Shown: piece by piece, positions 48,227 to 56,051 of the stretch | Layout: each line of letters begins with the position of its first letter | How positions within the stretch are numbered: the stretch's first letter is position 1 | DNA from: a virus | Taxonomy: Duplodnaviria; Caudoviricetes | Strand: one strand, 5' to 3' | Virus record (IMG/VR): IMGVR_UViG_3300032304_001710 | Span: 1-58,261 of that record | DNA length: 58,261 nucleotides | Notes under the pieces: generated by a model | Told to the model about the DNA's origin: nothing | What the model saw: only the letters and a program-made list of their open reading frames with translations | Database searches by the model: none | Position numbers and translations under genes: made by a program

Positions 48227-49294
48227 ATGACCAAAACGATCACCGCAGCCGCTAAGACTGTTGGAACCTTTCGGGCAGTATGGGCCCTGGTTAAGAACCA
48301 AACCCAAGTTTACATAGGGCAAACGGTCCGAGTAACACTCGGACCCGACGACCTAGCCGCTTGGGTTGACGCAACTGGGATCGACCCCGTAACCATGACC
48401 ATTGACGGCAACCGACCCGAGAACCGCACCAACGCGAGAGACTTGGAACGCAATTGCCCGACCTTCAAGCACTACGACCCCGACCTAGGCAGGGTTGTAA
48501 TATGCGGAGTAGGCAAAGGAAAAACTTGTGCCGGAGATGGCGGCCACAGATCGAGGCATATCGTTCGACTAATCCAGAAAGGAGAATCGGGAATCGTTGA
48601 CGTTCTGTTTAGCGATCGATCGGCCAGTATGGGCGGTTTCGACCAAACCGGAAAACGTCGAGACTCTACAGACGAACTGAGGGTGATGCAGTCTGAAGGC
48701 TGGGAGGACTGGGGGCAATGGCAATCCACCACGGCACAATTGGTTCGACTTCGATCTAAAAACAAATCCGTTAAGGGTGGCGGTAAGGCTGGTGAGACGT
48801 GGAACGGAGTTATCTTGACTCCGCACCAATCCGCGACCCAATGGCAAGATGGAACTTTTGACCCATTGACAGAGATCGGCATGACCCAACACGGAAAGAC
48901 GATGAAGAGTCTATTGCAAATTTTCGAAGCTTGGAAGATTGCCAGCCCAACTTCCAAGGCTTGGGGAAACGATCAATATCGTATTTTCGGAATCATCGTT
49001 ACCGCAGTGTTTGACGTACTCGGAACCAGGGTCGACGACCCCGTAAACCTGGATTCCCTAATCGATGCCCTTGATGAAAACGCCCTGAGCATCGGGAAAA
49101 CCTGGGAAGCTTGGCGGAGCATCGTCCAGCCTAAGGCGGATATCGAACAGGACTACCCAGCATGGTTGGCAATCATTCAAGCAGTTGTTGACGGAAAGAG
49201 GATGCCGACCTTGGAAAAGGATGCACCGATCAAGGTCTCTGGGATCAGTGACTACTACAAATCCAAAGAGAAATCTAACAAAGTAGATAAGTAG
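48227..49294 (+). CDS. ParB/DGQHR-like domain protein in a GC-richer segment
   Basis: NR...A...DGGHR motif; AAGGA RBS and ATG at 48227. Confidence 0.5.
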   Translation: MTKTITAAAKTVGTFRAVWALVKNQTQVYIGQTVRVTLGPDDLAAWVDATGIDPVTMTIDGNRPENRTNARDLERNCPTFKHYDPDLGRVVICGVGKGKTCAGDGGHRSRHIVRLIQKGESGIVDVLFSDRSASMGGFDQTGKRRDSTDELRVMQSEGWEDWGQWQSTTAQLVRLRSKNKSVKGGGKAGETWNGVILTPHQSATQWQDGTFDPLTEIGMTQHGKTMKSLLQIFEAWKIASPTSKAWGNDQYRIFGIIVTAVFDVLGTRVDDPVNLDSLIDALDENALSIGKTWEAWRSIVQPKADIEQDYPAWLAIIQAVVDGKRMPTLEKDAPIKVSGISDYYKSKEKSNKVDK

Positions 49295-49805
49295 TAACCT
49301 ATTACTACGTTACTCTATATATCTAACATATGATAGGTAAATCATAATAGGCAATTTACCTATCAAATTGTAATGATATCCCAGTCTCTTGATCGTACAA
49401 GCAGAGAGATTCTAATCTAACTATTAAATAAGTTAGACGCCGATATTATTATTATATTGTGCAAATAAATTTTTCTAAATCTTACTCGCTTCGCTCATAA
49501 GATTTAGAATCAATGCAATTTTTTTATCATGCAATTCCCAATGCTATACCAACCCCCGGCTCCCTATGGGACCCGCTACATCTTTTTCTATATATTACGT
49601 AACAACTAGCTACACTGTTACTACGTATATAAGCTGTACAATAAGCACCCCTTAGTAAGCACCCCTTGATTGTAGCTAGACACTATTAGCTATATCATAT
49701 ATGTATAACGTAGCTATGTACTACTTAGTAGTACAGTGTAACTCAATGCTCTGAAGTGTACTGGTATCCTTTGAGTATCTACTAGGTACTTGAGATATAG
49801 ATACG

Positions 49806-49832
49806 AAAAAAGCCCAGTATTGCTACTGAGCT
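49806..49832 (-). terminator. Intrinsic terminator of the minus-strand operon
   Basis: Minus strand reads GCTCAGTA-GCAA-TACTGGGC-TTTTTT. Confidence 0.75.
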
Positions 49833-49864
49833 ATCTTCGATGTTTCTGGAGTAAGAAGAAAGAA

Positions 49865-50437
49865 CTAGATACTAGGTGGTTTTAGAGTTACTGGATAAGG
49901 CATTGTACAGTTCAGATAACCAGTACCGTAGTACACTAGGCTGGATCGTTCTTCTTCTTCATTGTACTGTTCAGCATTGTCTTTGTATCCAAACACTACT
50001 TCTTCAGCACGATACTCAGGTAGTAGTAGACTGCATTTTCTTTCTACTTCCATTAGTTCTTTATCAGTCCAAAGACTCTTCTTACCACCATTGTAAGGTC
50101 TTGCTAAACCATAAGCTAGTAAAGATTTACTTAATGAAACTTGAAGTTTTTCTTTGTAAGCGTTTGTAGCATCATCATCTACTATATCCCCGACACCACG
50201 ACCAGAGAATTTGTCTTCAGCATAGTACATAACAACTGGTTGCTTGTAGCTACCTAGCTTTTGTATTACAAATTGTTTGACTAGCTTACCAGCTACAGTA
50301 TTCTTCTCTGGTGTATCGATACCGTAGATACGGATACTCAGTAGTTTGAAATCGTTCTTGAAGAAGTCAGTACCAGCTACCATAGCTTCTACTGTATCTC
50401 CATCTATAACTCTGATTGAATGTATTGAATTAGTCAT
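49865..50437 (-). CDS. Thermonuclease (SNase-like)
   Basis: RVIDGDT, IRIYGIDTPE, DKFSGR and GLARPY motifs. Confidence 0.85.
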   Translation of the reverse strand: MTNSIHSIRVIDGDTVEAMVAGTDFFKNDFKLLSIRIYGIDTPEKNTVAGKLVKQFVIQKLGSYKQPVVMYYAEDKFSGRGVGDIVDDDATNAYKEKLQVSLSKSLLAYGLARPYNGGKKSLWTDKELMEVERKCSLLLPEYRAEEVVFGYKDNAEQYNEEEERSSLVYYGTGYLNCTMPYPVTLKPPSI

Positions 50438-50666
50438 GGTTTATAGTTTTCCCTTTTCCAGGAAACTCAGTGCAGTCTTTACAAAATAAAACTCCATCAA
50501 CAATCAAACTTTCACACTTTTTGCATCGACTAAGGTTATCAAAATCAAACTCAAGTTTGTTCAATACATCCAGTAGAATTTGTGCAACATCTTCTAGGCT
50601 GTCCCACCCTGCAAACACATCTTGCTTACTAGCATATAACTGTTGTAATGTCTGTGGTCTAGCCAT
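50430..50666 (-). CDS. Small Zn-ribbon protein
   Basis: CKKC...FCKDC. Confidence 0.55.
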   Translation of the reverse strand: MARPQTLQQLYASKQDVFAGWDSLEDVAQILLDVLNKLEFDFDNLSRCKKCESLIVDGVLFCKDCTEFPGKGKTINHD

Positions 50667-50919
50667 TGTTTGATCCTTTCATTGAAGTAAGTCTAAACTC
50701 TTCAAACTCTTTGTTCAACAAAGCAATTTGTTCTGGTTGATGATCCATTCTTATGAATGTTATGTCTCGTGTAATAGGCATCACAGTCAATTCTGCTGAC
50801 GCTCTATTATTCCAAGTGTCATCTACATCTAGTACTTTAGTACCTGTTTCTGTAACTTCTCTTAGAAGTATTCTACATACATCGTCGTGTAACCATAGCG
50901 TTGCTGCTAATCTACTCAT
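50659..50919 (-). CDS. Hypothetical protein
   Basis: Overlap-coupled in the minus-strand operon. Confidence 0.55.
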   Translation of the reverse strand: MSRLAATLWLHDDVCRILLREVTETGTKVLDVDDTWNNRASAELTVMPITRDITFIRMDHQPEQIALLNKEFEEFRLTSMKGSNNG

Positions 50920-51217
50920 AAGATACTCTTTTCATCATTTTAGTATTTGCAAGTAACAAGTTGCCTGTAGCTTTAACTAACTCGTATGTAACAGTTGATA
51001 GATATACGTCTCTACCTACTACAAATGCTTTGTGTACTTGTCTTTGTGACCAGTTTTTTTGGTTCTTAGCCCACTTCTTACGTATCCTAGACTTCTTCGA
51101 TCTAGGAAACCGTATTTGACTACGCTCTGTTTCGATACACAGAGTATCGTTTACATATACTCTGTATCCGTAGATTGACTCGATCATGTTAGCTGCCTTG
51201 TATTGTGAGTAAATCAA
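50912..51217 (-). CDS. Hypothetical protein (RFPRSKKxRIRKKW motif)
   Basis: Overlap-coupled; basic motif. Confidence 0.55.
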   Translation of the reverse strand: MIYSQYKAANMIESIYGYRVYVNDTLCIETERSQIRFPRSKKSRIRKKWAKNQKNWSQRQVHKAFVVGRDVYLSTVTYELVKATGNLLLANTKMMKRVSYE

Positions 51218-51220
51218 CTA

Positions 51221-51430
51221 TCACCAAGAAGGAATGAAGTCGTCTGTATCATCGGGACCTCTAGGCTTTGGTTTTTTTGACTCTCTGTACTTAACAGCAC
51301 ACTGTCTAAGTTCATTCAGGTAAAGTTGATCTATATTGCTAAGATCATAACCTTCAACTGTATTGAACTTATCTACAAAGTCTAATGCTGCATTGATTAA
51401 ATTGATTGTTCTTTGTGCATGGTCAGGCAT
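51221..51430 (-). CDS. Hypothetical protein
   Basis: Packed ORF. Confidence 0.55.
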   Translation of the reverse strand: MPDHAQRTINLINAALDFVDKFNTVEGYDLSNIDQLYLNELRQCAVKYRESKKPKPRGPDDTDDFIPSW

Positions 51431-51707
51431 TATCTTTAATTCCTTTTCTTTTGTTACGTTGTTTGTGCATTTCTAGTGCAATTGACTCAGAGTGCGTAAC
51501 TAAGTCAGTCCATGTAATTCCAGGACTATGCTTAGCTAATCCTATCATAGCTGCTACTACAGCCCTAACATCACGATCATAAGTATTTTCTTCTTCGGGT
51601 TCATCAGAAGTTTTTAGTTTACATCTCCAGCATACTGAATCTTTACTAATCACTACTGATGACTGCGGGATAGGTCTACCACACTTATCGCATGGGTATG
51701 TTTGCAT
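51423..51707 (-). CDS. Small Zn-ribbon protein
   Basis: CDKC...CWRC. Confidence 0.55.
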   Translation of the reverse strand: MQTYPCDKCGRPIPQSSVVISKDSVCWRCKLKTSDEPEEENTYDRDVRAVVAAMIGLAKHSPGITWTDLVTHSESIALEMHKQRNKRKGIKDNA

Positions 51708-51712
51708 TTTAC

Positions 51713-51934
51713 CTACCCTTTCTGAATTTTTGAATGAGTACCCTGATAAGCAACATTAGCTAATCCTTCTTTCATGTTCATTACGTCACCACTTAGGTTA
51801 GAAACGATTATATTTCCAACTTTAGTACTATTGGTTAGTACGTAATAGACTTCAAACAGTGTGTGTACATCTGGAACAAGTATGAGGACTATCTGGAAAG
51901 GGTCGTGTGGTAAGCTCCATGTAATCTTATACAT
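51713..51934 (-). CDS. Hypothetical protein
   Basis: Packed ORF. Confidence 0.5.
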   Translation of the reverse strand: MYKITWSLPHDPFQIVLILVPDVHTLFEVYYVLTNSTKVGNIIVSNLSGDVMNMKEGLANVAYQGTHSKIQKG

Positions 51935-52280
51935 CTTCTAGTCTCTTTTCTTCTTTCTCCAGGAACTCTAGGACCAGCTTCAATTGAGTTTGTGCATACA
52001 TATGGATTTGTTCTTTGAGTACATGCTCTTGGTTACTCATAGTAGCTATATGTCGTAGTGTGTCTCCTAGCATTGTATAGCCTACCAACAGTACTTCTAA
52101 TTGTTTCTTGAGATTGTTCTTGAGATTGTTGTTGTTTTTCAAAGTGCCGGTTACTAATAAACTCATGCTTTTAATACGTCTATCATACGACCTAAGTGCA
52201 GCAGCAATTAGAATCATACACACAGCCGAACAAATCATTGCTGCAACTACACAAATTACTAAAACATCAGTTAAACTCAT
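51927..52280 (-). CDS. Membrane protein (N-terminal TM)
   Basis: Start at 52280: MSLTDVLVICVVAAMICSAVCMILIAAAL. Confidence 0.55.
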   Translation of the reverse strand: MSLTDVLVICVVAAMICSAVCMILIAAALRSYDRRIKSMSLLVTGTLKNNNNLKNNLKKQLEVLLVGYTMLGDTLRHIATMSNQEHVLKEQIHMYAQTQLKLVLEFLEKEEKRLEDV

Positions 52281-52281
52281 T

Positions 52282-52461
52282 TTATTTTTTGCACCTAGAA
52301 AAGAATGGATGGTTCGTACCAACTAAAGTTAATAACTTACTACGTAGATTGTAAATTCTTACATAGTAATCTGACTTCTGAGAGTCATTCAGTAGTCTGT
52401 ACTGACTCTCATATTGAGTAATAGCTTCGATCAAACGATGTACTAATTTACGTTTGTTCAT
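52282..52461 (-). CDS. Hypothetical protein
   Basis: Start at 52461 (MNKRKLVH) after a GGAG RBS. Confidence 0.5.
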   Translation of the reverse strand: MNKRKLVHRLIEAITQYESQYRLLNDSQKSDYYVRIYNLRSKLLTLVGTNHPFFSRCKK

Positions 52462-53485
52462 TTTTCTTTTCTCCAGGAACATGGTTAAGTAGTTTGTCTG
52501 GATGCTTTGGTCCCATATCTGGATGCCAGTACGTATCTTCGTAGTACCCAGTCTTGAGTACCCCAGATATAGCAAAGAGTAACCTGCACATTGCATTTAC
52601 TAAGTGCATTTCAGAGTCATCACCTCTACGATGTTCATTGATATGATTGATCGCATGGTTCAAATTATCTCCTACTGATATTTTCTTATGACTGTCTGCC
52701 CCATACTTACTTACACCAAAGCCACGACATTCAGCTAGGAGCTTCATTACACTTGGGTCAAGACAATCGAACCTAGCTTCGATATGTGTTTGTAGTCCTG
52801 CATCTTTGATTGGTACGTTGTGCGTTCCACAAGATTTTACTGCATCAGTCTTAAAGCACCATGGTGACTTTGGTGGCATTTCATTCCATGCTTCTTTATC
52901 AAAGTCTAACATATTAGAATCTACAATACGAATTGCATCAGGTTTTGTACAAGTATCTGACTTTATTTGTACATGATACTTTGTTAAATTTGCGTCATAC
53001 GAGCCTGCCAACAGACCTAGTACAACACCTTTTTTACCACACAATGGTGTACCTTGTTTTATTATAACTGGGTCGCCTTTTACAAAAGTCTGTATTCTTT
53101 CAAGTGAAGTTGATGAGCACCAATACTTAGTCTTCCCATCATTCGAATGAAAGTAGCAAAGTTCACCATTATACGTTTTTACGTGACCTTCAATTCCAAA
53201 GTACCTATGGTTAGGTGCGATGAATCGTACTGCATCACCAACTTCGTACTGTGTACTATTTGATGACTGCTTTACACCCTTACAAGGTAAAGGTCTATGC
53301 TCTAAGTTTGCTGCATCGAATGTACCTAAGAACTTCATTTTAGTAAGATCATTTTCTGTAGCTTCTACAACGTATCTTTTTATAGTACTTCCTTGTACTT
53401 TAACAATTTTACCTTGTACACCGTTATGTATTGTACCTACTATCTTAACTGGAGAACCTACTTTGAACTTCTTTGAGCTATTCAT
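52448..53485 (-). CDS. Three KOW/SH3-like repeats fused to a dATP/dGTP diphosphohydrolase (DUF5664-like) domain
   Basis: F/Y-x-x-G-D/S-x-V repeats; RFDCL...GFGVSKYG...NHAINH...MHLVNAMCR C-terminus. Confidence 0.7.
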   Translation of the reverse strand: MNSSKKFKVGSPVKIVGTIHNGVQGKIVKVQGSTIKRYVVEATENDLTKMKFLGTFDAANLEHRPLPCKGVKQSSNSTQYEVGDAVRFIAPNHRYFGIEGHVKTYNGELCYFHSNDGKTKYWCSSTSLERIQTFVKGDPVIIKQGTPLCGKKGVVLGLLAGSYDANLTKYHVQIKSDTCTKPDAIRIVDSNMLDFDKEAWNEMPPKSPWCFKTDAVKSCGTHNVPIKDAGLQTHIEARFDCLDPSVMKLLAECRGFGVSKYGADSHKKISVGDNLNHAINHINEHRRGDDSEMHLVNAMCRLLFAISGVLKTGYYEDTYWHPDMGPKHPDKLLNHVPGEKKNEQT

Positions 53486-53572
53486 TTCTTCTTTCCTTTT
53501 CCAGAACAAGGATAACAGCGTGAACCTGATGATGATTTACCTGTACCACTACAAGCTACACAGGTATCTGTC

Positions 53573-53938
53573 TTAACAATCTTCTTTTTGACTTTGATCT
53601 TCTTTGTCGTAACGATCTTTGTAATCTTCTTTGGCATTCCCCTGCACCCCTGTTTCTGGAGGTAAGTAAGAAGAAAATGATAATGCGAGTCTTCGTGTAA
53701 CAGTTTGTTTACTGTTGACTAGGGTTACTAGCCCGTCTTTTGTTATTCTGATTTTTCTGAACTTGCATCCACGTTTGTATGGATGAACTCCAACTTTGTT
53801 GGTTGCATTAACCAGTATTATTTGATCGACACTATCTGATCCATCATAAAATACTTGGATTCTTTCGTAGTCAAAGGTAAAATTTAGTAACAAGTTTACA
53901 GTAGTAGACGCACCAACAAGAGAGGCGTTCCTAGACAT
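53573..53938 (-). CDS. Hypothetical protein
   Basis: ATG at 53938 with GGAG RBS; overlaps the csrA end. Confidence 0.55.
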   Translation of the reverse strand: MSRNASLVGASTTVNLLLNFTFDYERIQVFYDGSDSVDQIILVNATNKVGVHPYKRGCKFRKIRITKDGLVTLVNSKQTVTRRLALSFSSYLPPETGVQGNAKEDYKDRYDKEDQSQKEDC

Positions 53939-54122
53939 TTTGAACTCCGTTCTTGTTTTTGTTTTTTGATATCCTAATCTCTTCTCTGTCAACTCTAACG
54001 TCACTTGGAGCTTCGATACCAACTTTGATTCTACCTGACTTACGATTTACATCTGTAATCGTAACAACGATGTCGTCCCCAATCATGATTCGGTCGTTGA
54101 CATACCTAACAAGTACTAACAT
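53931..54122 (-). CDS. csrA: Carbon storage regulator CsrA/RsmA homologue
   Basis: MLVLVR...IMIGDDIVVTI......IKVGIEAPSDVRVDREEI matches the CsrA signature. Confidence 0.92.
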   Translation of the reverse strand: MLVLVRYVNDRIMIGDDIVVTITDVNRKSGRIKVGIEAPSDVRVDREEIRISKNKNKNGVQNV

Positions 54123-54188
54123 GCTGCAATCCTTAGCAAAAGTGTAGAAACTTTCCGTAATTATTTTGGAGTACTCGGTCGGAGTACG

Positions 54189-54207
54189 CTATAAATTCTG
54201 CATTGCA
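54189..54207 (+). promoter_or_regulatory. 19-bp box over the csrA promoter start site
   Basis: CTATAAATTCTGCATTGCA. Confidence 0.7.
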
Positions 54208-54210
54208 TCC

Positions 54211-54240
54211 AGTATAGTAGATGCGGTAGGTAGCTGTCAA
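54211..54240 (-). promoter_or_regulatory. sigma70-type promoter for the csrA operon
   Basis: Minus strand TTGACA-18 nt-TATACT with an upstream A-tract; a 19-bp box sits over the expected start site. Confidence 0.7.
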
Positions 54241-54369
54241 GTACTTTTTTAGTAAAAATTTACTAACTAAGTAGCTTACCACCACCCCACCCAACCGCCG
54301 CTATTATAGGTATATGATAAACGGTCGCAAGGGCAGTTCAAAAAATTTTTCACCACTCGTAAATCGCTA

Positions 54370-54388
54370 TGCAATGCGGAATTTATTA
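54370..54388 (-). promoter_or_regulatory. 19-bp box upstream of the putative terS
   Basis: Minus strand TAATAAATTCCGCATTGCA. Confidence 0.75.
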
Positions 54389-54395
54389 CTTTCAA

Positions 54396-55064
54396 ATGAC
54401 AAAAAAACGAACGAAAAAACCAGGTATTGAAATAGACGAAAATCTTCCAGCACCTACTAAAGATTTAACTGATGTAGAGCTATTTTTGGCTGACTTCATC
54501 GCTATGGAAAAGTCTGAAGAGATGGCTTCAGTAGGTTTCTCTATGTCGGCTATAGCAGCAGCACTAGGAATCCCTGCTCAGCGTTTCATAACCTGGGTAA
54601 AAAGAGGTAAAGAGCAAGAAGAAGACAGTCCTTATATGCCTGAAGTAATTTTATGGAAACACTTAGCTAAAGGTTGGGCAGTAGCTAAAGGACTAGCTGA
54701 GTCTAAGGTAGCTCAAGTAGATCCTAAGTTTTTTTTAACACGTGGTCCAGCTAGAATGCTAGGCGATGACTGGAGCGAAGAGTCTTCTGAAGGTAGCAGA
54801 ACAACTAAAGAGACTCTTGACGTTACTACTGATTTTATAACTGCTATGCGTAGACTACGTGAACAAGGTTGCGATCTTAACGAAATATTCGATAAGGATT
54901 TATTGTCAATCAAGGTTGACAGGCAAGAAAAACCGATTGACATCTTAGAAAAGCATGGTATCAATCATACTGCACCAGCTTTACCCGGCCCATTAGCTCA
55001 AAAAGCTATGGAACTAGATCAAGCACTCCAATTACAAAGGAACTTTGATGAGCCAAAGAAATAA
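54396..55064 (+). CDS. Putative terminase small subunit (HTH)
   Basis: SMSAIAAALGIPAQRFITWVKRG HTH; upstream of terL. Confidence 0.6.
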   Translation: MTKKRTKKPGIEIDENLPAPTKDLTDVELFLADFIAMEKSEEMASVGFSMSAIAAALGIPAQRFITWVKRGKEQEEDSPYMPEVILWKHLAKGWAVAKGLAESKVAQVDPKFFLTRGPARMLGDDWSEESSEGSRTTKETLDVTTDFITAMRRLREQGCDLNEIFDKDLLSIKVDRQEKPIDILEKHGINHTAPALPGPLAQKAMELDQALQLQRNFDEPKK

Positions 55065-55350
55065 GAACACTCCTGAAGTCAAGTCAGTAGCTAAAATGCT
55101 CCAAGACTCGGACCTTGAATCCAAACCAGAGTTTGACTCAACAGCGTTTTCTTCTGAATCAACTACTATGCGACAAAAAATGCAACTACAAGCTTTCTCT
55201 GTCTTCATGACAAAGATACTTGATAATCATGGAAACGTATCGATCATGGCCCGTAAACTCCAACTAACTCAAAGTGAGATTGATAACGCTTTGATTTTGA
55301 CCAAGCTAGTTGGAGATTGCTACGATGCTATGATCCACAAACCAGACTAA
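55048..55350 (+). CDS. Hypothetical protein (possible Fis-like HTH)
   Basis: HGNVSIMARKLQL segment. Confidence 0.5.
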   Translation: MSQRNKNTPEVKSVAKMLQDSDLESKPEFDSTAFSSESTTMRQKMQLQAFSVFMTKILDNHGNVSIMARKLQLTQSEIDNALILTKLVGDCYDAMIHKPD

Positions 55351-55356
55351 CAAACC

Positions 55357-55554
55357 ATGTCAAAGCCAGACGAAGTTCGAAAAGCTTTTGATGCCGGTAA
55401 AAGAGCCGAACAAAACGGTAAACCGTCAAACTGTCCAGATCGTTATGACAAAAGACCCGATGAACGCAAAGCATGGTTTGACGGGTACTATCAAAACTAC
55501 TTAATACGTAGACACAAGGACACTTTCAGTAAATACGGAATTAAATTTCCATGA
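55357..55554 (+). CDS. Small protein with an Rmf/CrpP-like motif
   Basis: AFDAGKRA...CP.......KAWFDGY. Confidence 0.5.
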   Translation: MSKPDEVRKAFDAGKRAEQNGKPSNCPDRYDKRPDERKAWFDGYYQNYLIRRHKDTFSKYGIKFP

Positions 55555-56024
55555 TTCGTTACATAGGTATCGATTTAGGTCAAAAAGGTGCTATCACCGT
55601 ACAATCAAAGTTACCTGGATCAAAGCCTTATTGGGCTATCTATCCTTTCTTGAAACGACATAACGACGAAACAAAACAACGTACTATTCTTGAAGACGAA
55701 ATGCTCGATCTAATTTCCGATCTATGCAGTAAGTCTGAATGCTTTGTTACAATTGAAAGACCCATGCTATTTAGCAAAGGTACTAAAGCTATTGCTTCCT
55801 TACATGAGAACTTTGGACTGATAAAAGGTATGTTACATGCTAAAGGCGTAACTTCCTTCTGGTATCCAACCCCTGTTCAATGGAAGAAACTAGCTAATGC
55901 CCCTGGAAACGACAAAGACAAAATGCTTGTACTAGCTTCCAGAGTAACTAAAGCACCTAACCTAAGTCCAAATACAGCAGACTCGGTACTAATCTGTGAA
56001 GCATGCAGACTTCACTTCAAATAA
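55551..56024 (+). CDS. RuvC-like Holliday junction resolvase
   Basis: IGIDLG.KGA, IERP, TPVQWKK and ADSVLI motifs. Confidence 0.8.
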   Translation: MIRYIGIDLGQKGAITVQSKLPGSKPYWAIYPFLKRHNDETKQRTILEDEMLDLISDLCSKSECFVTIERPMLFSKGTKAIASLHENFGLIKGMLHAKGVTSFWYPTPVQWKKLANAPGNDKDKMLVLASRVTKAPNLSPNTADSVLICEACRLHFK

Positions 56025-56040
56025 TAAATTTCACATTGCA
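56022..56040 (+). promoter_or_regulatory. 19-bp box upstream of terL
   Basis: TAATAAATTTCACATTGCA, then GAGG RBS and ATG 56052. Confidence 0.75.
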
Positions 56041-56051
56041 TAGAGGTACTA

